From contig JBHLOY010000001.1 of NCBI GenBank assembly GCA_048939995.1, positions 288,001-352,000 on the forward strand: DNA of 64,000 nt, written 5' to 3'. Positions 10,488-19,732 of the stretch are shown piece after piece (positions within the stretch are counted from its first letter, which is position 1; every line of letters starts with the position of its first letter). Below the pieces are notes generated by a model. That model made no database searches. It worked only from the letters and a program-made list of their open reading frames with translations, and had not been told where the DNA came from. This DNA comes from Promethearchaeota archaeon (lineage in GTDB: Archaea; Asgardarchaeota; Lokiarchaeia; Sigyniarchaeales; SOKP01). Made by a program: the position numbers and the translations under genes.

Positions 10488-12599
10488 TTAGTTAAAAAAA
10501 GAACTTATAGAGAGATTATGCATCTCTTTTCTGATTTCTACTTTTTTATTAATAATTTCTTTTATCACGTTTGAAATTTCTATTCTTTTATTTATATCTC
10601 TTGGAAAGGGCAATATGACTTCCATTATTCGGTTTCCAATCGTTGCAATAGTACCTTGTATAAATGTAATTGCTTGGATCTGCTTTTGAACAATATCAAG
10701 GTTTAACAAATATAAAAGCAAAAAGGAGTTAATTTTTTCTTTATTTGGGAGGGTTTTAATTTGAAAAATGTGGCTTTGTATAATTATCTTAGTATCAAAT
10801 TCAGTGATATATGCAGTGTTACCGATTAGATGAGGTCCACCATCTTTAACTAAAATTATATCTCCAACTTCAATATTTTGTTTCTCTCTATAAATTTCAT
10901 ATATTTCATTGCTAGTTTTCTTATGTGAGTCTAGATTTACTTCCCAATTGTTTATATCGCTTGTACGGATAAAAGGGATTTCCCCTAATCCATATAAATT
11001 AGATCCTATCTCATCTCCTCTGGGGAGATAACCAGTTTTAGTAGTAAAAATGATTTTTTTTACTTCTAAATCCTTAATTGAATACAAAATGATGTTTTGA
11101 TCATTTTCAAGTTTTTTAAGTGTTTTTTCTACCCCTGTATAGTAAGAAGGAATAAATATATTATTTTTTATCTGGCTAAAATTGACTTTAAATACCTGCT
11201 GCTCTTTATTATAGTCAAAAGATTCACAATTGTATAATATTTCGTGTAAATCAACTAATTCATCATTAACAATAGGTAAACCCTCCTTATCTAAAATCTT
11301 GGTTCCATCCTTATGTAATTTATATGAAACTTTGCCATCCTTATCGTGACCAACATTATCAACTATTGCAAAATTAAGCTTATAGTCAGGAGGTACAATT
11401 TTTAATTTTTGAAAAAATAGAATGCTAGTCTTATTGCATGTATAAGGTTGAAATGTATTCGGATCTAAGGATACGATGCCTAAAATTTTACCATTTGAAT
11501 TTAAATAGTCCCAGATATACCGATCTGTGGGATTACCGAATAATCCTTCCGGTAAAACTATACCCAATTTTCCTCCATCTTTAAGTAATTGAATGCATCT
11601 TTCAATAAACAAAATCTGTGGGGGTTGTTGTTTTGCAATTCTTTTTTCCATTCGCCATTTGCTTCCTGTATTTTTCCAAATATGACCAAGCTGGTAATCG
11701 CTTAAAATAGATTTTTCATCGATGGGAATCTTTGACCCAAAAGGCGGATTGGTTATAATGTAATTAAAGGAGTCGTTTTTTATAATTTCTTTAGTTTGGG
11801 TTTGGTAATTTTTAGCATCCAAAGAATCTTCACAAAATATATTAGATATCCCTCCAGTTAAAATTGCTAAATACAATTTGCATAGGTTGACTAAGAATGA
11901 ATCTTTATCTATCCCATACAGGTTTGAGACAACTTCAAACTTCTTATCTTCACAAGTTTTTTCATTTTCCTTAAATTTTTTTTCGATTTTTGACCATAAT
12001 AAATCCTTGGTTTCAAGTAAAAAACCGCCATGCCCACAAGCAGGATCAAGGACCCTATCTTTAATGTCTGGATTCAAATAATTTACCATAAATTTTACTA
12101 CATTAGCTGGAGTAAAAAATTGTCCACCTTCATCCTTTAAAACTTTACTCACAAATATTTCAAAAGCATCACTTAAAACGTCTCGAGATGAATTTAAAAG
12201 AGAGATATGTTGTAACTCTTTAACGATTAGATAGATTAGTTCTTTGTTTAAATTAATTTTTTCATCTCTTTCAATTACATCTTGATATATTCTTTTAACA
12301 CTCTTATTGAACAGATCCTTTATTCTTAGTGATAAACTAGATGCCTTTTCTCCTTCTTTAACGCAAAACTCAACAGGTTCTTCGGGGCTTGTATTTTTCT
12401 CATCTATTATTTTGCATAAAAGCAAATTTATAATTTCTTTGGACCTTGATCTCGTGTCTGTATGAGTATATTTTAATTTTCCATAAAGATGTTGATTTAT
12501 TTGAGTAAAGATTTTTTTTAGGTTTGGTACCTTTACTAAATCTTTTTTCCTTAATACTTTCGGCTTTTCCACTAGGTAATCAGTTATTTTAGTTTTCAT
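10488..12599 (-). CDS. N6-adenine DNA methyltransferase (HsdM-like) with fused C-terminal target recognition domain
   Basis: GQFFTP, LDPACGHGGF (motif I), NPPF (motif IV), C-terminal IPFIRTSDI...GDIILVK HsdS-like TRD. Confidence 0.88.
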   Translation of the reverse strand: MKTKITDYLVEKPKVLRKKDLVKVPNLKKIFTQINQHLYGKLKYTHTDTRSRSKEIINLLLCKIIDEKNTSPEEPVEFCVKEGEKASSLSLRIKDLFNKSVKRIYQDVIERDEKINLNKELIYLIVKELQHISLLNSSRDVLSDAFEIFVSKVLKDEGGQFFTPANVVKFMVNYLNPDIKDRVLDPACGHGGFLLETKDLLWSKIEKKFKENEKTCEDKKFEVVSNLYGIDKDSFLVNLCKLYLAILTGGISNIFCEDSLDAKNYQTQTKEIIKNDSFNYIITNPPFGSKIPIDEKSILSDYQLGHIWKNTGSKWRMEKRIAKQQPPQILFIERCIQLLKDGGKLGIVLPEGLFGNPTDRYIWDYLNSNGKILGIVSLDPNTFQPYTCNKTSILFFQKLKIVPPDYKLNFAIVDNVGHDKDGKVSYKLHKDGTKILDKEGLPIVNDELVDLHEILYNCESFDYNKEQQVFKVNFSQIKNNIFIPSYYTGVEKTLKKLENDQNIILYSIKDLEVKKIIFTTKTGYLPRGDEIGSNLYGLGEIPFIRTSDINNWEVNLDSHKKTSNEIYEIYREKQNIEVGDIILVKDGGPHLIGNTAYITEFDTKIIIQSHIFQIKTLPNKEKINSFLLLYLLNLDIVQKQIQAITFIQGTIATIGNRIMEVILPFPRDINKRIEISNVIKEIINKKVEIRKEMHNLSISSFFN

Positions 12600-12707
12600 T
12601 AAAAATTATGTTTAATCTTTATTATAACATCCTTTTAGTTTTACTATAACATTTTATTGTTATTCAAATTATTATTCTTTTTTATTAAAAGAAAATTAAT
12701 TTAAATT

Positions 12708-13493
12708 ATGTCTTCTAATGATTTAGATTTCGGACAATATATTGACTTTTCCACGCAAAAAAGATTTGGAATAATAAAACTTAATAGGGTTAATAGATCG
12801 AATGCGTTTACAATTGAGCAATTAGAAAATTTGAAAAAGGTATTGATTTATTGCCAAGAGAAAAAGACAATTAAGGGGTTAATACTTACAGCTAATGGAG
12901 ATAGCTTTAGCACGGGGATGGATTTATCTGCTGTGACATCATACAACTATGAAGGTGTTAAAAAGTTAGAAAAATTAGCGGCTCAAATATGTGAATTGCT
13001 ATTTAATGGAAAGCCTTCTATTTGTGCTATAAATGGGCGAACATTGGGGGAAGGTGTAGTATTTATGGTTTGTTGTGATTATCGCATCGCTGTAGAGGGT
13101 AGTTACTTCCAAATGCCTGAAATTAACTCTGCTATATTTCCTGGTACAGGGTGTATAGTCTTGTTTTCAAAAATAATTGGAATCTCTTGGACTAAGAAAA
13201 TGTTAATGTTTTCTGAGAAAATTGACACTCAAAAAGCCTTAGAAATTGGATTAATTGACAAGATCGTTAGTTCGAGAGATGATTTGATAAAGTCAACAAT
13301 GGAAAAAGTACAATTTCTTTATTCGAAAAATCAAACTGTCTTAAATGCAATTAAATTGTATAGTAATCATTTACTTGATAAAAATTTTAAAATCGGCTAT
13401 GAATTAGAAAAAATTGGTTCTGATTGGTATAAGTTCGAAAGAAAAGAAGAGATGATTAATAATCTTAGGGAAAAATTCAACTGGAAACCATGA
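12708..13493 (+). CDS. Enoyl-CoA hydratase/isomerase family protein
   Basis: LNR...SNA, FSTGMDL, KPSICAING, PEI. Confidence 0.88.
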   Translation: MSSNDLDFGQYIDFSTQKRFGIIKLNRVNRSNAFTIEQLENLKKVLIYCQEKKTIKGLILTANGDSFSTGMDLSAVTSYNYEGVKKLEKLAAQICELLFNGKPSICAINGRTLGEGVVFMVCCDYRIAVEGSYFQMPEINSAIFPGTGCIVLFSKIIGISWTKKMLMFSEKIDTQKALEIGLIDKIVSSRDDLIKSTMEKVQFLYSKNQTVLNAIKLYSNHLLDKNFKIGYELEKIGSDWYKFERKEEMINNLREKFNWKP

Positions 13494-13717
13494 ATAATCG
13501 TTAGCTTATTTCCATGTATATTTTTTAAGAAATAACTCTCAGCTAATTTGATAATTAGCATAATTTTTACAAGATAGGTTAATTTACATAATCTTTAAAT
13601 CATGGTTTAAGTTAATTACCCATAACTATCTTTACATATTCTATATTAAAAATCAATCTTTGACTAAAAAAGCTGAAAATCGAAAGAAATCAACAATCTA
13701 CCTGTAGGTGATAGAAA

Positions 13718-14014
13718 GTGGCAAAGAAAAAGAAAGTTGAAGATGATACAGAAAAAGTCTTTATCGGTAAAAAAAAATCTATGAGTTATGTAATGGCAGC
13801 AATGGTCATTCTAAATGATAGACCGGTAAGAATTCTTGCTCGAGGGAGATCAATATCCAGAGCAGTAGATGTGTCTGAAATTCTCATTAATAAATTTGTG
13901 CCTGGAAGTACTTATGGAGAGATAAAAATTGATACCGAAACATTAAGTAATGATGACAACACTCAAACAAACGTATCATCTATCGAAATTGAAATAATCC
14001 CTCCCAAAAAATAA
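13718..14014 (+). CDS. albA: DNA/RNA-binding chromatin protein Alba
   Basis: VFIGKK..MSYVMA, ARGRSISRAVDV, NVSSIEI. Confidence 0.92.
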   Translation: MAKKKKVEDDTEKVFIGKKKSMSYVMAAMVILNDRPVRILARGRSISRAVDVSEILINKFVPGSTYGEIKIDTETLSNDDNTQTNVSSIEIEIIPPKK

Positions 14015-14132
14015 CAAGTAAAATCTAAATAATCAGGAGAAAATCAGGAGACTTTCTCGTTTATTTTTTTTATTTTCTATTTTGTTATGATTTTTTACAG
14101 TTTTTTGAATCTATAATAATTCAAGTGTCAGT

Positions 14133-14432
14133 TTAAATGTCTGCTTTAATTTCCTCTAATTGATTCTGAAATTTTTCTATTTGCTTCTTTGTAATTGTCC
14201 TATTATTTATATCAATTACTAGTTTTAGAAAATCTTGAATAATTGGATTTTCCAAAACAATACATGTTTGATTCAAAGTATTAACATTCAAAATTAACGT
14301 TGATTTCAAGATTTCTCCTATACCTAATACATCTTTACATAATAATTCATAATTTTCATTGTAAGATAGAATGACTATATCCTCCAATATCTGAGCCCCA
14401 TCATTTTTCTTTATAATCTTAAATTCACACAT
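14133..14432 (-). CDS. cooT: CooT-family nickel chaperone with C-terminal extension
   Basis: N-terminal MC motif, LEDIV...DVLG; divergent from cdhBC. Confidence 0.7.
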   Translation of the reverse strand: MCEFKIIKKNDGAQILEDIVILSYNENYELLCKDVLGIGEILKSTLILNVNTLNQTCIVLENPIIQDFLKLVIDINNRTITKKQIEKFQNQLEEIKADI

Positions 14433-14586
14433 ATTAGACTTATCTCAAAATTTTTAATTATAATAGCCTTATATCTACTTTAATTAAATAAAACCAAATT
14501 TTTTAAAATACGCTTAATAAAATAAAATATAGCAATTATTTTAAAACATATACGTAAAAACTTTTACAGAGGAAATTGGTGGAATT

Positions 14587-15117
14587 ATGGCAAGACCATA
14601 CCAAAAAGCGAATATTCCTGGACCAGAAATGGGTACTACTGTTTTTGAACCGCAAGTCATGGCTAATTTACTGAAGAGTCCTAAGAAGAAAGTGTTTGTA
14701 ATTGGTGCTGAATCACTAACATGGGAACTCAATGGCAAGAAAGTTGTCGATTATTTTGTTGATATTGCGAAAAAGCTAGATGGGCATATCGTCGCTACTG
14801 GACACACATACAAATATCTAAAGCAAAAGATCGACACTACTAAACTTTGGGAAATGTCATTAATCAATATCACCGCAAGATTAGTCGACAAAGATTGGAA
14901 AGGATTAGATGGAAACGGTCAATATAATATGGCGATTTTCGGAGGTCATCTCGTATTTTATGTCAGTCAAACCCTAAGTCGAATCAAGAATTTCTCAAAT
15001 TGGGTAAAAACAATTGAATTAGATAAATATGCACACCCAAATGCGCGCTTTAGCTTACCTAACTTTAGCGATAACGATTGGAAAGAGTTTTTAGAAAAAT
15101 TAATTGAATTATTATAA
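14587..15117 (+). CDS. cdhB: CO dehydrogenase/acetyl-CoA synthase epsilon subunit
   Basis: WKGLDGNGQY, SQTLS..KNF, LDKYAHPNARFS. Confidence 0.92.
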   Translation: MARPYQKANIPGPEMGTTVFEPQVMANLLKSPKKKVFVIGAESLTWELNGKKVVDYFVDIAKKLDGHIVATGHTYKYLKQKIDTTKLWEMSLINITARLVDKDWKGLDGNGQYNMAIFGGHLVFYVSQTLSRIKNFSNWVKTIELDKYAHPNARFSLPNFSDNDWKEFLEKLIELL

Positions 15118-15156
15118 TAAGAAATATAAAAGGAACTTTATGAGGAGAAGTATAAA

Positions 15157-16566
15157 ATGAGTTTTTCAGATATGCCTGTAGATGTTGGCCCCGTGTATGA
15201 GGGAGAACGTATCAGAGCAAACCAAATGTTTGTAGAACTCGGCGGACCCAAGATCGAGAAGCATTTTGAATTGGTTAGAGTAAAAACAGCAAAAGAGATC
15301 AAGGATGGTCAAGTTACACTTCATGGTCCTGATCTTAAAGACATGAAAGAAGGTGAAAGATATCCTATTGGTATTTTGGTAGAAGTAGCTGGACCTGAAT
15401 TAGAAGAAGATTTAGAAGCCGTATTTGAAAGAAGAATTCATGAATTTTGTAACTTCGTTAATGGTATTATGCATTTAAATCAACGTTATACTAACTGGAT
15501 GCGAATTTCGAAATCTGCTTTTGAGAAAGGTTTTAATTCATTCGACTTACTTGGAACTATCTTAATTAGATTATATAAAGCAGAATTACCAATTATCGAG
15601 CAAGCTCAAGTGACTTTCTTTACTGACGAAAAAGAAATTGAAAGACCTTATGATATGGCAATTGAGATTTATAATAAAAGAGACGAAAGAGCTCGAACTA
15701 TCCATGATGAAGATGTCGATATGTTTTATGGTTGTGTGTTGTGCCAGTCTTTTGCGCCAACTCACGCATGTTGCATCACTCCTGATAGGACTTCATTATG
15801 TGGTTCAATAAATTGGTTTGACGCTCGTGCAGCTGCTAAAGTGGATCCTAAAGGTCCTATCTATGAGATCCCCCCCGGTGAATGCCTAAATGAGCTAGCA
15901 GGAGAGTTTTCTGGTGTAAATGAAATGATTAAGAAACGCTCCCTTGGTGAGATTGAAAGAATTTATCTTTATAGCGGAATGGAATTCCCTCATACTTCTT
16001 GCGGATGTTTTGAGGCGATAGATTTCTACATCCCTGAAGTGAATGGTCATGGAATTGTTGATCGTAACTTTGATGGTGTCGCGATAAATGGTTTACCATT
16101 CTCAGCAATGGCTAACCAGACTGGTGGAGGAAAACAAATGCCTGGTTTCAATGGAGTAAGCATACAATATATTGCAAGCCCGAAATATCAAAAATATGAT
16201 GGTGGAATAGAAACAATTGTTTGGATGCCAAAAGCAGTTAAGGATAGGCTTGGAGAGCTACTTCCACAGGACCTTTTACCCAAGATTGCTACAGAAGAGG
16301 ATATCCAAGATATTAATGAGTTACGTGATTTTCTAAAAGAAAAGAATCATCCTGTAGTTAAAACCTGGACTGAGCTTGAAGCAATGGAGGAAGAAGAAGA
16401 GGAGGAATGGGCAGAGGAAGGCGCAATGGTCCCAATGGGTACTGTTGGCATGACAATTCCAGGCGTTGGTGGGGCAGGTGGCTTTAAAATTATTTTAAAG
16501 AATTGTAAGATACATGCTGAATCAATAATCATTAAAAGAATAGAACCTTCAAAAAAGAAGAAATAA
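15157..16566 (+). CDS. cdhC: Acetyl-CoA decarbonylase/synthase beta subunit
   Basis: PVDVGPVYEGERIR, FYGCVLCQSFAPTH, PHTSCGCFE A-cluster ligands, acidic linker. Confidence 0.97.
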   Translation: MSFSDMPVDVGPVYEGERIRANQMFVELGGPKIEKHFELVRVKTAKEIKDGQVTLHGPDLKDMKEGERYPIGILVEVAGPELEEDLEAVFERRIHEFCNFVNGIMHLNQRYTNWMRISKSAFEKGFNSFDLLGTILIRLYKAELPIIEQAQVTFFTDEKEIERPYDMAIEIYNKRDERARTIHDEDVDMFYGCVLCQSFAPTHACCITPDRTSLCGSINWFDARAAAKVDPKGPIYEIPPGECLNELAGEFSGVNEMIKKRSLGEIERIYLYSGMEFPHTSCGCFEAIDFYIPEVNGHGIVDRNFDGVAINGLPFSAMANQTGGGKQMPGFNGVSIQYIASPKYQKYDGGIETIVWMPKAVKDRLGELLPQDLLPKIATEEDIQDINELRDFLKEKNHPVVKTWTELEAMEEEEEEEWAEEGAMVPMGTVGMTIPGVGGAGGFKIILKNCKIHAESIIIKRIEPSKKKK

Positions 16567-16738
16567 TTTTCTAATCTATTTTATTTTACTTTTATTTCTT
16601 TTTATATTATTTGAAGTAAGTATTTAGTTAATTTAGCTAATAAATTATTAAATAAATTATTATTTATTAAGAGCTCCTATTTCTTATTTACTTAAATTGG
16701 AAATCAAAATTTAATTAGGAATAAGGAATTTAGAGGAG

Positions 16739-17272
16739 TTGAAAGATTTAATGGGCAAAGGTGGAATAGTTTTAGGAATGATTGCTCTATTATTAGGTGC
16801 TAGTGGTTTAGGTTTAGGGGTGATTACATATATAAACCAAGGTAATATACAAATAAATCAAGAAATCACACAAGTAATTCGACTGCCACCAGAATTCTGG
16901 TATGTTTATAAAGAAGATATTTTTACACCCACAAGTGGTGTATATATAAACGTTCCTGATTTATATGTAATTGTTTATTTGGATGTCGCTGCTACGGTCC
17001 ATCTTTTATTTACTACAAGCACAAGAATACTTCCTGATCCATTCAGTTTTGCTGACATGCTTTTCTATTTCTGGATTGATGGGGTCCGATTAACTAATCC
17101 ATTCACTCGTGCTGGTCCTTTTGAAGGAGATGCAACCTATCAATATTATCCTGTCGCGCTACAACATTCTCAGGCTTTAACCGCTGGATTTCATAATATT
17201 AGCATAACAGTATTTTCTGAAACTGCGGGAAACTTAATGAGAAGCAGTGGTCTTGCAGTAACACGTTATTAA
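16739..17272 (+). CDS. Membrane-anchored hypothetical protein with beta-rich ectodomain
   Basis: N-terminal Gly-rich TM, beta-strand-rich remainder, AGGAG RBS. Confidence 0.65.
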   Translation: MKDLMGKGGIVLGMIALLLGASGLGLGVITYINQGNIQINQEITQVIRLPPEFWYVYKEDIFTPTSGVYINVPDLYVIVYLDVAATVHLLFTTSTRILPDPFSFADMLFYFWIDGVRLTNPFTRAGPFEGDATYQYYPVALQHSQALTAGFHNISITVFSETAGNLMRSSGLAVTRY

Positions 17273-17337
17273 ATATCGAAAAAATTAATTCTTTTTATTT
17301 TTTTATTCTATATATAGGAGTATTTCTTTAAACTCAA

Positions 17338-17631
17338 CTATCTTTCTGTATATCCGATAAAACCTCCTATTAGTACTAGTATTCCACCAATTAAACTTGT
17401 ATATACAATCATAATTATTCCTAAAACTACAAACAGTATCCAATTTAAAGGGATAGGATTATTAGGACGAATAATACTAAGTAGTATAATTACAGCAATA
17501 ACTATAGCAGCGATTAAGGTAACTACCTGTATAAGATCTAAATTTCTTTGATTGAATCCCAATATTGCTTCGATTAATGAGATTGCTCCACCTATACCTC
17601 CTAAAAGTTTCATTAAATCCTCGTTTCGCAT
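17338..17631 (-). CDS. Small membrane protein
   Basis: 3-4 hydrophobic Gly-rich segments. Confidence 0.7.
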   Translation of the reverse strand: MRNEDLMKLLGGIGGAISLIEAILGFNQRNLDLIQVVTLIAAIVIAVIILLSIIRPNNPIPLNWILFVVLGIIMIVYTSLIGGILVLIGGFIGYTER

Positions 17632-17877
17632 TGGTTAGAAGAAGCTAAACTACATTTTAATTATATTTATTATAAAAATTCATTATAAAAAATCTAATGA
17701 TTTTTTTCAAAATAATGATACATTTTAATTTTTAGGTGCATTGATTGAGGAGTATCCGTAATCTTTTATCTTTAAGGAAATTAACTAAAATAATTAAAAG
17801 TACGGAGGAAAAGTTTATAAATAATATAAAATAGTTATAAGCTTGCCATTATGCTAATTTTTGGCAAGTGACTTAGA

Positions 17878-18366
17878 TTGAAGTATCAATCAGATGTTAA
17901 TACTTGTTTTTATGGAAAGTGTTTAATCGCAACTGAGGATTTATCCCCAAATATTGTGGTTGAAAAACTCGAGGGCTATTATGTTCAAAAAGGAGAAATT
18001 CCACCAGACGAAATATGTCACGCAATTCTAGTCGATAAGGGAATGTGGATGGTAATTCAAACAAATGCAAGATATATTAACCATTCATGTTCTCCAAATT
18101 GTTATATTAATGATAACTTAGAAATAATAACTAAGCTTACAATAAAAAAAGGAGAAGAGCTCACAATTTGCTATAATATTGTCCATAATGGTGAAAATCC
18201 AGGACAATGGGATGATAAATGGAGCTTCCTTTGTCTTTGTGGTTCAAAGAATTGTCAAGGGATTATTAATAAGTATATTACTGAAGATGGATTAATGTAT
18301 ATTGCGCCTGTGAATGAGGGTTTTAAAAATCAAATTGAAGTTCAAAATATATCTATCGAATACTAA
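17878..18366 (+). CDS. SET-domain protein lysine methyltransferase with post-SET
   Basis: RYINHSCSPN, IKKGEELTICY, CLCGSKNCQG. Confidence 0.9.
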   Translation: MKYQSDVNTCFYGKCLIATEDLSPNIVVEKLEGYYVQKGEIPPDEICHAILVDKGMWMVIQTNARYINHSCSPNCYINDNLEIITKLTIKKGEELTICYNIVHNGENPGQWDDKWSFLCLCGSKNCQGIINKYITEDGLMYIAPVNEGFKNQIEVQNISIEY

Positions 18367-18506
18367 AAAACCACAATTTAGACTTCTAATTCTATATTTC
18401 TATTTTTATTTTAAATGAAATATTACTTTTTTCACAGCCTTTTTCATTTTTTAAATGATGTATAAGCTTTTTAACTTATTATTAAATTTTTGTATCTTGT
18501 TTTCTA

Positions 18507-19688
18507 ATGTTAAAAACAAACTTATTTTATACAAAGCTTGGAGGATTTGTTAAAAATCAAAATCCAGAACTAACTACATTTATCCATGCTAGTGATCTAC
18601 ATTTAGGAAGCCATCAATATAGGAATGACTTTCGTGCAGATGATTTTATTAAAGCTTTCCAACAAATTTTAGAAATTTCTATATCAAGTCAATCTGATTT
18701 TATTATACTAGGTGGAGATGTATTTACTTCACTAGAAATGCTTCCAGGAAAACTAGTTAAGATTATTGATATATTAAAAGAGTTTAAAGTCTATACTAAT
18801 GAATCTATCCCAATTATTGCAATAGAAGGAAATCATGATATTCGTCGGTTTTCAAGAGGAGTGAAATTCTCTCAACGCGGACAATCGTGGTTAAAACTTT
18901 TATCTAGTCTTGGTTTAGTAATACTCCTTGATGGAGATTTAGATGCCCCACCATCTTCAGTTTACTTACCATATGACTATTACTTTAAAAAAGGGGGAAA
19001 AATTAGAAGGAAAAATGTAATTATCTATGGGAATCATTATATTGGTGAGAACCCAGAAGACTATATTCAGAAAATAGGAGAGGCTATAGAGAAAGAAAAA
19101 GATTCATTTTGTGTTCTTCTACAACACTTTGGTATTGCTGGTCAGATGGAACATGTGCCTGGTATCAAATTGAATAAATTATACCCATTGAGAGAAAAAG
19201 TGGATTATTTAGCATTAGGTCATTATCATTTACAATTTATATTGGATAATTGGATTTATAATCCCGGTTCTTCAGAAGCAGTCTGTTCAATTGATTCCAA
19301 ATTTAAGCGTGGAATTTTTATTGTAAAAATAAAGGGGAATGAACATTTTATAAAAGAGGTTTATCCCATTAAACTCCTTAATAGGAACCATATCTGGAAA
19401 ACAATCCATCTCCCTCATCCTTTTAAAAATAAGAGTGAATTGATAAATTTTATCATAAATAAACTTAAGTCTGAGTTGAGTTATTTAGATAACAATCATA
19501 ATAATCTTTCAAATCCTAAGGTACCTATACTATATCTTGTATTAAAGGGTAAAAAACCCTTATTACGCAGATTCAATGAAAAAGAACTTAAAACAGAATT
19601 ATTAAAAATACTTCCAATTGTAGAGGCTAGGATTTATCAGAAGTATAGTGAATATACCAAAAGTCTAAATCAATATCTTTATCTCTAA
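18507..19688 (+). CDS. Mre11/SbcD-like DNA repair exonuclease
   Basis: SDLHLG, GGDVF, EGNHD, QH, LGHYH, YNPGS metallophosphoesterase motifs. Confidence 0.88.
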   Translation: MLKTNLFYTKLGGFVKNQNPELTTFIHASDLHLGSHQYRNDFRADDFIKAFQQILEISISSQSDFIILGGDVFTSLEMLPGKLVKIIDILKEFKVYTNESIPIIAIEGNHDIRRFSRGVKFSQRGQSWLKLLSSLGLVILLDGDLDAPPSSVYLPYDYYFKKGGKIRRKNVIIYGNHYIGENPEDYIQKIGEAIEKEKDSFCVLLQHFGIAGQMEHVPGIKLNKLYPLREKVDYLALGHYHLQFILDNWIYNPGSSEAVCSIDSKFKRGIFIVKIKGNEHFIKEVYPIKLLNRNHIWKTIHLPHPFKNKSELINFIINKLKSELSYLDNNHNNLSNPKVPILYLVLKGKKPLLRRFNEKELKTELLKILPIVEARIYQKYSEYTKSLNQYLYL

Positions 19689-19732
19689 TTTTAGTAATAG
19701 CTTTTTAAACTTAAACGATTAAAAATATAATT

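Noticed and set aside
14031-14051. AATCAGGAGA direct repeat after albA
   Set aside because: Only two adjacent 10-mers with no spacers; not a CRISPR array, probably part of a 3' UTR or terminator
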